Below, piece by piece: positions 47,012 through 54,351 of a stretch of DNA of 54,497 bases. This DNA comes from a virus (lineage: Duplodnaviria; Caudoviricetes). Every line of letters begins with the position of its first letter. Positions within the stretch are counted from its first letter, which is position 1. A program made the position numbers and the translations under genes. The notes beneath the pieces were generated by a model, which saw nothing but the letters and a program-made list of their open reading frames with translations, searched no databases and was not told where the DNA came from. The DNA lies in IMG/VR virus record IMGVR_UViG_3300046171_000026, positions 1 through 54,497 of that record; one strand, 5' to 3'.

Positions 47012-47647
47012 TTAATGCTCCTCGTAGCTTACTTGTTTAACTTTACGACTCCAACAGGCACGGCAACTACCACACTTATTATCTTGAGTCTGTGATGGAC
47101 ACTCATGACCTATTGCTTTCTTATCTTTATGCACACCAGAAGTCCACTTCCAAAACTTAGGTTGTGGGCTATCAACTTTAGTAGTTGATACTCGTAGGCA
47201 TAGATTTTTTGGTACATCTTCCTCTTTGATCTTATCAATAATCTGATACTCTCTTGTAGCCAGCCAATACTTTATATGTGGTGTAAGTTCACACACTTCA
47301 AATATCTTCATAAGATGTGAGTAAGATTGCACATCACCAGAATCAAACCATCTGTGATATCTGTCTTCCTCTTTTTTGTTTTTATATTTCTGTGTAATAA
47401 GTTCTGCCATGTAGTCTATCCACTCTGGCAACTCAATAGCTTGGTATCTCTTTTCATACATAGCTTTGACAACAGGAAACACATAACAACCTTTACCAGC
47501 GTAACATTTATTACATATTGTACCTTTTACTTCTGCTAATATACTACCTGTCTTACAGTACTCAATAGGTATACCCCACGCATACGAGGGCATTTTAGCA
47601 GGATTAGATAGTGTACCTATCTTTGCTTCTATTTCTTTTAGTTTCAT
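47012..47647 (-). CDS. GP88-family protein (radical-SAM-like Cys pattern)
   Basis: KMP..AWG, C..CYA.KG, RWFDSGD, WL.TRE, C-terminal C..CR.CW. Confidence 0.78.
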   Translation of the reverse strand: MKLKEIEAKIGTLSNPAKMPSYAWGIPIEYCKTGSILAEVKGTICNKCYAGKGCYVFPVVKAMYEKRYQAIELPEWIDYMAELITQKYKNKKEEDRYHRWFDSGDVQSYSHLMKIFEVCELTPHIKYWLATREYQIIDKIKEEDVPKNLCLRVSTTKVDSPQPKFWKWTSGVHKDKKAIGHECPSQTQDNKCGSCRACWSRKVKQVSYEEH

Positions 47648-47725
47648 ATAACTATCACTCCTATAATAAAGCCAAAGATAAAACAGACAATCTCTGTTCT
47701 ATAATACAATGACCATACATTTATT

Positions 47726-47989
47726 TTACTTATTGTCTTCTTCATATTCTGGATCATAATAACTTACCATTCCCTTTCTGTCAATTGTTTTACAATATGT
47801 TGCAAATATTTTATTACCTTTGTATGTACCATGTATCCATATCTGACCATTGCCTTCTTCGTAATCTGGATTTTCTATATAGGTAATATACTCTTGTGCT
47901 TTGTCGCTACAAAATTCATAAGGTTGTAGCCTTGCAGGTATTTCTGCAAAGCCACCACCTATAAATAGTAAAGTAATTAATACTTCCAC
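47726..47989 (-). CDS. Hypothetical protein
   Basis: Packed ORF with hydrophobic N-terminus. Confidence 0.6.
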   Translation of the reverse strand: MEVLITLLFIGGGFAEIPARLQPYEFCSDKAQEYITYIENPDYEEGNGQIWIHGTYKGNKIFATYCKTIDRKGMVSYYDPEYEEDNK

Positions 47990-48261
47990 TAATTACTTTC
48001 TATTGGTTCTACCTCTGCCTCCTGTAATTCAGCTTGAGGTACAGGCTTAGTTGTAGGTATAACCATTTGATGTTTCTCCCACATAGCCGTATCACTATTC
48101 CAATAAGTAAAAGCTTCCATAGCTTTTCTTAGTTCATAGTGAAGTTCCTGTGTAGGTTTCCTATCGTTTTCAATCCTTGCAAGAATGTTGATTGCTCTCT
48201 TTCTTAAAGAACGCATCCATTTCATTTCCCACGAGGTATCTACTGTAGGTGTATTTGACAT
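47989..48261 (-). CDS. Hypothetical protein
   Basis: AAGGAG RBS, promoter upstream. Confidence 0.7.
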   Translation of the reverse strand: MSNTPTVDTSWEMKWMRSLRKRAINILARIENDRKPTQELHYELRKAMEAFTYWNSDTAMWEKHQMVIPTTKPVPQAELQEAEVEPIESN

Positions 48262-48303
48262 ATGTCTCCTTTGTTGAGGGTTTATTTATATATATATGAT
48301 GTT

Positions 48304-48332
48304 ATCTTAACACATAAAGTCTGGTGTGTCAA
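48304..48332 (-). promoter_or_regulatory. sigma70-type promoter embedded in the end of the upstream CDS
   Basis: TTGACA-17 nt-TAAGAT with extended -10 TG. Confidence 0.6.
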
Positions 48333-48789
48333 CTAAAGTGTACTTAGCAAATCGTTTTTTCTCACCTACATAATAGTTCTTGTATGATTGTATGTAGTCA
48401 TCACACTTGTATTCATCTGGCATACATAGTGGTGGTATAAGAAATGTTTTGTATTCAAACTTATCTTTTATCTTTTCGTTTAAGCATATAAGATTGTTTA
48501 GTATTCTACCTGTCTTGTGAATTTTGTTATGGTATCTGTGTCTGTATTGATTAAGTAAATGACCTAGTAAATCCATTGACCACATATAATTACCAAGTGA
48601 ATCTCCTACCCATATTGTCATTGGGTGTTTGGGGTATGCAGGTTTGTATAACTGTTCATCAATACCACAATGTCTTTGGTATGCAGTTGATAACATCTGT
48701 CCTGTTTCTAATATCATTTTTACTACATGCTTATCACAATGATAGCTAGCACATATCTCTGGATCTTTGTGTAAGTGAAATATATTCAT
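48307..48789 (-). CDS. Pyrimidine-dimer DNA glycosylase-like protein (T4 endonuclease V superfamily)
   Basis: MNIF.L..DP..CA..HCDKHVVKMILE.GQMLSTA...HP...W signature. Confidence 0.78.
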   Translation of the reverse strand: MNIFHLHKDPEICASYHCDKHVVKMILETGQMLSTAYQRHCGIDEQLYKPAYPKHPMTIWVGDSLGNYMWSMDLLGHLLNQYRHRYHNKIHKTGRILNNLICLNEKIKDKFEYKTFLIPPLCMPDEYKCDDYIQSYKNYYVGEKKRFAKYTLVDTPDFMC

Positions 48790-49109
48790 ATCTTTAACTC
48801 CAATTTTCGTATTGCATATCTTACTTGGTCAAGTGTTACTTTACCAGTATTATAGTTGTACATCAAGTTGTCATGTAGTTTTACAATGTGATCTTGTGTT
48901 GTACCTGCAAGGTCACAGAAGAACTCACAATCTTTAGAACGAAACCATGCTACTGCACTCTGTCGTTCTCGTTCCATTTGTATGTCACTCATAACTCCAC
49001 TCTTTGCATTGAAGATACCAAATGAATCTTCAAACATAATCTGTATCTTTGCAAGACCGAGTTGTTCTTCGGGTGTCTTATCTATCTTTTCGTGATTGTA
49101 TGTTTTCAT
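48786..49109 (-). CDS. Hypothetical protein
   Basis: AAGGA RBS; A..WF...D...C..AG motif. Confidence 0.7.
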   Translation of the reverse strand: MKTYNHEKIDKTPEEQLGLAKIQIMFEDSFGIFNAKSGVMSDIQMERERQSAVAWFRSKDCEFFCDLAGTTQDHIVKLHDNLMYNYNTGKVTLDQVRYAIRKLELKI

Positions 49110-49131
49110 GATATTTCCTTTTCTGATGTGT

Positions 49132-49160
49132 ATTATAGCATAGATGTGACACTATGTCTA
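49132..49160 (-). promoter_or_regulatory. sigma70-type promoter
   Basis: TAGACA-17 nt-TATAAT with extended -10 TG. Confidence 0.7.
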
Positions 49161-49250
49161 CTTGGTTTTTCTGTCATAATATGATAAGGTGTCCTGTCGT
49201 TGCAGGGGGGTTAGTATATACATACCACCCCCATACATTAGTTTGGATTG

Positions 49251-50267
49251 TTAAGAAGCAAGGCTGATACCATTAGCCTGTTTGTAGGCAAGTATCTTCT
49301 CTGCTCTTGTTTGTTTTGGTGCACCAATATTCATAATAGAATCGGCTGCGTCATCAATAGAGATAACCAAGTCCATACCCATTTTATCTGCGAGTATGCT
49401 AGGGTCAATCTTCCATTGTATCTTGTCATGATTAGCAAACTTTTCTACTTGAGAGAACTTAGTCATAGATTTAATTACTTCTTTAAATCTATCAACTCTA
49501 GCCACAACAGTTTTTATCCATTGGGTATGAGTATTGACTACCTCTTGTTTAGCACTAATCATCATTTCAAACTTAGCAAACTCTAAGTCTGAACATGGTA
49601 TTGCACGAGAACGACAACCACCTGTACCAATGATATGCAAAGCATAATCATCTTTCCATGACTGATACTTGTCGCCACTACCTTGACCACCTTGTAGCCA
49701 ATGATGATTGTCATTTCTACATTGTGATAGGTATGGGTTGCTGTTTCTACTGTACCTTGTATCTGACTTCTCTGCTTGTAAGTCAGCTTCAATGTTACAG
49801 TCTGGGTTCAAACCTACTGCTTTCATATCTTCACGATACATAGCATATGCAAAGTTCTTACCATTGTTACTGCTACCACTACCATAACGACTACCATAAT
49901 CTCCATTCAAACTTCCATCTAATTCAAATGAAAAATGTCTGGACTTATCTACTTCGTCATTGTATTGGTCAAGCACTTTAGGTGCGTCAGTTACTTTGAA
50001 AAAGAAACAACTATCTCTACCTACTGCATTGATAGTGTTATGTTTTTTCTGTAGCGACTGAAGTGTAGCAACATCTTCCAATGGAAATCTTCTTTCAACT
50101 ACTTCTTTACAAGTAGCAAACGAAGATTCCAATGTAGACTTTGCGTCATCTCGTGCCTGCTTGAACGCCTCTTTTTCTTCGGTGTCCAATGACTCACAAT
50201 GCTTACGAAAGTCAATCACTAATGACTTACGTTTATCGGCATTGAGCCTTATCTCTTTTTGTTCCAT
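49251..50267 (-). CDS. Early hypothetical protein (338 aa)
   Basis: Long ORF, AAGGAG RBS. Confidence 0.82.
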   Translation of the reverse strand: MEQKEIRLNADKRKSLVIDFRKHCESLDTEEKEAFKQARDDAKSTLESSFATCKEVVERRFPLEDVATLQSLQKKHNTINAVGRDSCFFFKVTDAPKVLDQYNDEVDKSRHFSFELDGSLNGDYGSRYGSGSSNNGKNFAYAMYREDMKAVGLNPDCNIEADLQAEKSDTRYSRNSNPYLSQCRNDNHHWLQGGQGSGDKYQSWKDDYALHIIGTGGCRSRAIPCSDLEFAKFEMMISAKQEVVNTHTQWIKTVVARVDRFKEVIKSMTKFSQVEKFANHDKIQWKIDPSILADKMGMDLVISIDDAADSIMNIGAPKQTRAEKILAYKQANGISLAS

Positions 50268-50293
50268 GAGTATATACTCCTTTCATGTTGATT

Positions 50294-50330
50294 AAAAAAA
50301 AGACACCACCCAGATAACTGAGTGATGTCT
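50294..50330 (-). terminator. Rho-independent terminator overlapping a transcription start
   Basis: AGACATCACTCAG-TTAT-CTGGGTGGTGTCT followed by a U-tract on the - strand. Confidence 0.75.
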
Positions 50331-50332
50331 AT

Positions 50333-50361
50333 ATAATATACTATTGTTATTGATGTGTCAA
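50333..50361 (-). promoter_or_regulatory. sigma70-type promoter
   Basis: TTGACA-17 nt-TATTAT. Confidence 0.72.
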
Positions 50362-50783
50362 CTAGCCAAGCCAAGTGTGACTGCTAGTTCTTTAGCTTGA
50401 GTACCATTTATTGTATACCAACTATGATTGTTAGCTATTTGTTCTGGTGTTTGTGCCTGTTCTTGTGTTATAGTTTGATCAACACCTTTTAGTTTATTTA
50501 CTAAATGGTATCTATCATGTGTTTCTGTATTCCAACTGTATCTATATTCTACATACCAAGCATCTTCCAAAGGTAATACTTGTTTATCAATAAAGCCTAC
50601 TGCTTGCATACAGGTATCTCTGTTATCATTAAACCAAGTATCACGACAACCATTGGAACACCAATAGCCTAACCATGTACTAATTTTATTTGATTGATAA
50701 AACTTAGCACCTTTACTGCCACGAATTTGATTTTGATTTTTCTTTTCGGGACATTTTTTATTTTGACACCACTCGCTACTCAT
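50358..50783 (-). CDS. Early protein with Cys motifs (possible zinc binding)
   Basis: WCQ..KC...WCS.GC. Confidence 0.72.
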   Translation of the reverse strand: MSSEWCQNKKCPEKKNQNQIRGSKGAKFYQSNKISTWLGYWCSNGCRDTWFNDNRDTCMQAVGFIDKQVLPLEDAWYVEYRYSWNTETHDRYHLVNKLKGVDQTITQEQAQTPEQIANNHSWYTINGTQAKELAVTLGLAS

Positions 50784-51189
50784 TGATATCTCCTTTTGTC
50801 ATTAGTAATTTAAGATGATTAAATTTTACTTGGTCAAACATCACGATTGTAATGTCATCATTTACCTCTAACCTATTGATTTTATAGACTTTTTTGCCTA
50901 CGCTAAACCACTTCAATCTCTTAACAGATATGTTTCGTGGTGCTTTTTTTTCTAAGTCATGGGCTAGTATGTACTCGTCAGCGTCAGTAGTTCTTTTCTT
51001 ACCTTTACGCTTGTACATAGTGCCATCAGTCTGTTTCCAAGTTGAACGATTTAATAAATCAAACTTGCCTACTCGGTACTCGCCATTCTTTTTTTCAAAA
51101 CCTGCACGAAACTTTTTAGTTTTGGTTGATGTAAGTAAATCATACAATAGATTAGAAACACTACCGACTTGTATGTTTGTTTGTATCAT
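50776..51189 (-). CDS. Early basic protein (possible SH3/WYL-like fold)
   Basis: F.A.F.KKNG..R and D..K...R.I motifs. Confidence 0.65.
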   Translation of the reverse strand: MIQTNIQVGSVSNLLYDLLTSTKTKKFRAGFEKKNGEYRVGKFDLLNRSTWKQTDGTMYKRKGKKRTTDADEYILAHDLEKKAPRNISVKRLKWFSVGKKVYKINRLEVNDDITIVMFDQVKFNHLKLLMTKGDINE

Positions 51190-51217
51190 ATGTACTCCTA
51201 TTGGTTAATAAGAGTAC

Positions 51218-51246
51218 ATAATACTACATTTAATTGTTGTTGTCAA
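51218..51246 (-). promoter_or_regulatory. sigma70-type promoter abutting an RBS-sequestering hairpin
   Basis: TTGACA-17 nt-TATTAT. Confidence 0.72.
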
Positions 51247-51394
51247 CTAGCTTTTGGATTTCTTCCTTACGTTCATCTAGTTTATGAAGTTCAGAATATA
51301 AGCTAGGGTTATTTAGATATTTAGTTTTAAGTTTAATCATAACTTCATCAAACTTTTTTAGTTTTAATTGTATTTGTCTTGCTAATGTAATCAT
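51230..51394 (-). CDS. Small basic protein (54 aa)
   Basis: MITLARQIQLKLKK...; fills the gap between genes. Confidence 0.5.
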   Translation of the reverse strand: MITLARQIQLKLKKFDEVMIKLKTKYLNNPSLYSELHKLDERKEEIQKLVDNNN

Positions 51395-51396
51395 AT

Positions 51397-51609
51397 TTAC
51401 TCATCTTCAAAAGATTTTCTTGATATTTTTATAAGTAATTTGGCAACTAACATTAGTTCATCTTTAGAACAATTAGAGGTCATTTCATATATTTTATCTT
51501 TTAATGCATCTTCTTGTACTTCAGTTAAATGTTTTTCTATTTCATTTAACTCATCATTAGCAACTTCATTTATTTTTTTATCTATTGCTTCCATGTCATT
51601 GTCGTTCAT
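51397..51609 (-). CDS. Hypothetical helical protein
   Basis: AAGGA RBS, promoter upstream. Confidence 0.65.
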   Translation of the reverse strand: MNDNDMEAIDKKINEVANDELNEIEKHLTEVQEDALKDKIYEMTSNCSKDELMLVAKLLIKISRKSFEDE

Positions 51610-51639
51610 GTATTTCCTTTTGTTGATTTATTTATAGTC

Positions 51640-51684
51640 AGTATATAAAAAAACCCCACGACTGTCAAGTGACAATCGCAGGGT
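51640..51684 (-). promoter_or_regulatory. sigma70 promoter embedded within a terminator hairpin
   Basis: TTGACA(51668-51663)-17 nt-TATACT(51645-51640); hairpin CCCTGCGATTGTC...GACAGTCGTGGGG plus T7. Confidence 0.72.
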
Positions 51685-51716
51685 AACTTTTAGAGGGAAC
51701 TAAAACTTTTTATATG

Positions 51717-51905
51717 TTATTGCCTACCACCTAACATAATTTCACGAAACTTTTTCATGGTGTATTCAGATATATTATCAAGACCATTTGTTTCTTTAAA
51801 TATATCTTGTGCCTCGTGAAGTTTGGTTGTATTTTGTTTGTCGTAGTACCTAGCTTTGTTTTCTTGTTGTATTACATCAATGCCCCACCTAGTTTGATCT
51901 GTCAT
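51717..51905 (-). CDS. Hypothetical protein
   Basis: ORF with AAGG RBS. Confidence 0.6.
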   Translation of the reverse strand: MTDQTRWGIDVIQQENKARYYDKQNTTKLHEAQDIFKETNGLDNISEYTMKKFREIMLGGRQ

Positions 51906-52110
51906 AATAACCTTTCTTCATTAGATATTTATATGCAGATTTTTTTGTACGAGGTAAATCTGGAAACCATTGTTTAAGTACATTTACAATACTGCCACGA
52001 TAAAATCGTATGCCCATTGTACTTGTGGCTTCAGCTTTCAAAGTGTTCAAGCACATTTGAAACCTAAAGTTTTCTCGTTGCTCGTCATTACTAAAAGTAA
52101 TTGTTGTCAT
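51889..52110 (-). CDS. Hypothetical protein
   Basis: AAGGAG RBS, promoter upstream. Confidence 0.65.
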   Translation of the reverse strand: MTTITFSNDEQRENFRFQMCLNTLKAEATSTMGIRFYRGSIVNVLKQWFPDLPRTKKSAYKYLMKKGYYDRSN

Positions 52111-52132
52111 AAGACTCCTTTGTTATTCTTAT

Positions 52133-52161
52133 ACTATATCAAGGATATATTGTTGTGTCAA
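52133..52161 (-). promoter_or_regulatory. sigma70-type promoter
   Basis: TTGACA-17 nt-TATAGT with extended -10 TG. Confidence 0.72.
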
Positions 52162-52172
52162 ATAGTACAGAC

Positions 52173-52210
52173 AAAAAAAAGCCCTACCGATATTGCTACC
52201 GATAGGGCTT
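52173..52210 (-). terminator. Rho-independent terminator
   Basis: GCCCTATCGGTA-GCAA-TATCGGTAGGGC plus T8; GNRA loop. Confidence 0.85.
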
Positions 52211-52339
52211 AGACCTGTTCACATGTCATAGTGTTCCTATAATTCCGATTATACTACCCATAACGAGCCATATAAGTGAAACATAAATAAATGCTTTCAT
52301 ATTTATTTCTCCTTTCTTGAGTTAATTAATAGTAAATCT

Positions 52340-52368
52340 ACTGTATTACAGATGTATTTATGTGTCAA
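52340..52368 (-). promoter_or_regulatory. sigma70-type promoter
   Basis: TTGACA-17 nt-TACAGT. Confidence 0.55.
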
Positions 52369-52379
52369 GTGATATGCAC

Positions 52380-52418
52380 AAAAAAAAACGAGAGGGCAAT
52401 TTTAATTTTGCCCCCTCG
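52380..52418 (-). terminator. Rho-independent terminator
   Basis: CGAGGGGGCAA...TTGCCCTCTCG plus T9. Confidence 0.85.
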
Positions 52419-52675
52419 CAATTTTGTAAGTTGGTATTTTTAACTTAAAGACCTAGTGATTTAGCTAATAAATGTAGCAATAAATAGCCAATAGTTATTG
52501 ACGAAACCATTACAAATATTAATTTCATTTTTTTATCTTCCTCACTTTCATAAATGACTTATGTAATTCCTGTTGTTTAAATTTTTCTACCTCTATTCCT
52601 CTCAATTTTATTATTGAAACTATTAGAATAATAAAACCAATTACAATTAGAGATAAGCCCCCATATAAAAGAGTA

Positions 52676-52873
52676 TTAACTGTCATATATATTCTTATGA
52701 ATTGATTTTATCTTATCAGTTGCAATAGGTGTAATGCTCTCAAGTTGTTTATCAGTTAAACTTTTAACAGTATTACTTTCTATTGTATCAATAACCAATT
52801 TTGAACTAGCGATCTTATTACTAATTTCTAATTGTTTATTAATTTTTTCTAATACCTTAATTAATTGTTTCAT
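52676..52873 (-). CDS. First gene of the early arm, hypothetical
   Basis: GAGG RBS; 65 aa. Confidence 0.6.
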   Translation of the reverse strand: MKQLIKVLEKINKQLEISNKIASSKLVIDTIESNTVKSLTDKQLESITPIATDKIKSIHKNIYDS

Positions 52874-52952
52874 TTATTTACCTCTATTTATTAAGTTTAT
52901 TTATTATGTATAATAATTATATATAAAAGTTATATCTAATTAATATAACTAT

Positions 52953-52981
52953 ATATTATATTTAATTAATATATATGTCAA
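52953..52981 (-). promoter_or_regulatory. sigma70-type promoter at the head of the early arm
   Basis: TTGACA-17 nt-TAATAT in a very AT-rich context. Confidence 0.5.
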
Positions 52982-53032
52982 ATAGATATAAATAATATAT
53001 ATAATAGATAGATATAAATAATATATATAATA
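52982..53032. repeat. Two tandem 25-nt AT-rich repeats
   Basis: ATAGATATAAATAATATATATAATA at 52982-53006 and 53008-53032. Confidence 0.8.
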
Positions 53033-53156
53033 AATAGATATATATATTATATAAATATACTGCCTTATTCTTGCCATATTATAGACAAAGTTATGCCTTA
53101 ATATTATAGTATGGTAAATATATGACAAAGTGTTGCATAAATATCACACCTTTAGA

Positions 53157-53172
53157 TGTTTCACGTGAAACA
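53157..53172. promoter_or_regulatory. parS: parS centromere-like site (ParB/Spo0J binding consensus)
   Basis: TGTTTCACGTGAAACA, an exact match to the bacterial chromosomal parS consensus; intergenic. Confidence 0.85.
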
Positions 53173-53178
53173 TTACAG

Positions 53179-53195
53179 ATTAGAATGATTCTAAT
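53179..53195. promoter_or_regulatory. Palindromic operator resembling the Irr ICE box
   Basis: ATTAGAA-TGA-TTCTAAT vs ICE consensus TTTAGAA-N3-TTCTAAA. Confidence 0.45.
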
Positions 53196-53387
53196 TAGCA
53201 ATCAATTACAGGTTGTATTAGGGGGGGGGTATTAAAAAAGCTAATAAAATAAGGGTTAATTTAACAATTCAAAATTTTGAATTAAATAAATTGACGTTAG
53301 TTATTAAAAATGCAATAAAGGTATATGAATATTTTAAAAATAAATAAAAATTTATTGGGTATTCATAATAATAAAAAGGAAAATAAA

Positions 53388-54176
53388 ATGAAAAATGAAA
53401 CTAATGTTAAATTTGATAGACCAATAAAACTATCAGCTGAGCAGACAAAACAAGTTACTCAAGTTGATGATATTTTGACAGCTGAAAATTCTGTTGGAAA
53501 TCAAAAAATAGTTTTAGTTAATATGATTACTGAAACTATCAACTCTAAGAAAGTTAAAATGGAATATACTGAAATCAATAAAACTACAGGCGTTGAGAAA
53601 GTAATTTCATTTGATAGCTTAAACCAAATAACTAATAAAGATGTTAAGGGGTTAGCTGATACTTACAAAAAATGGTTGGGGGTTGATAAGTTAAAATCAT
53701 GGGCTTCAACTACTGACAATGGTAAAGAAAGAATGAGAATTTTAAAAGAGTCTTTATGGGTTGCTATTGTTACAGCTAAAACTGAAGTAATCACAAAAAA
53801 TAAAAAGGGTGAGCAATTTACAGGAAATAAAAATAGTGAAATTTTTGTTGATGGTGACTTTGCTAAAAACTACTCAGATAATGATAAGGGGTTAGATATT
53901 GTTAGCATGAAATTTTCACAGCTAAAAAGAGCAACCCAAAATTATATTGCTGATAAGAAAACACCAATTAATTCAACTGAGGTTTCAGCTAGAAATAATG
54001 GTTTTCAAACTCTAATGAAAAAATCAGTTTTAGCGATTGACGAAGCTAAAGAAAAAATTGTTTTGGGGGAAAATAACCCAAATGATTTAAACGCTGTTAA
54101 AAGTGTTTTCATTAAAGCCCAACAATACATTGAGGAACATAACAGGGTTCAAGCTAGTTTAAAAAAAGCTAGTTAA
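53388..54176 (+). CDS. Lone divergent terminal gene, Lys-rich hypothetical protein
   Basis: AAGGA RBS before ATG 53388 (MKNETNV...); the ORF-track start at 53325 is an alternative. Confidence 0.8.
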   Translation: MKNETNVKFDRPIKLSAEQTKQVTQVDDILTAENSVGNQKIVLVNMITETINSKKVKMEYTEINKTTGVEKVISFDSLNQITNKDVKGLADTYKKWLGVDKLKSWASTTDNGKERMRILKESLWVAIVTAKTEVITKNKKGEQFTGNKNSEIFVDGDFAKNYSDNDKGLDIVSMKFSQLKRATQNYIADKKTPINSTEVSARNNGFQTLMKKSVLAIDEAKEKIVLGENNPNDLNAVKSVFIKAQQYIEEHNRVQASLKKAS

Positions 54177-54193
54177 TAAAAGCTAACTAAATT

Positions 54194-54227
54194 AAAACCC
54201 CAGACTAATCATCTGGGGTTTTTTTTT
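54194..54227 (+). terminator. Rho-independent terminator (possibly bidirectional)
   Basis: AAAA-CCCCAGA-loop-TCTGGGG-T9. Confidence 0.88.
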
Positions 54228-54351
54228 GGAATTTTTAAAAGTGTTATATTATAACATAACAAATAGAGCTCTATTTAAACTAGGTATAACAATTATATAT
54301 AATAATTATATTTAATTTCTATACATGGTTTACTTAGGGGAATTATAGCTA

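Noticed and set aside
53131-53148. CRP/FNR-like site TGTTGCATAAATATCACA
   Set aside because: Only partially palindromic and the spacing does not fit the consensus
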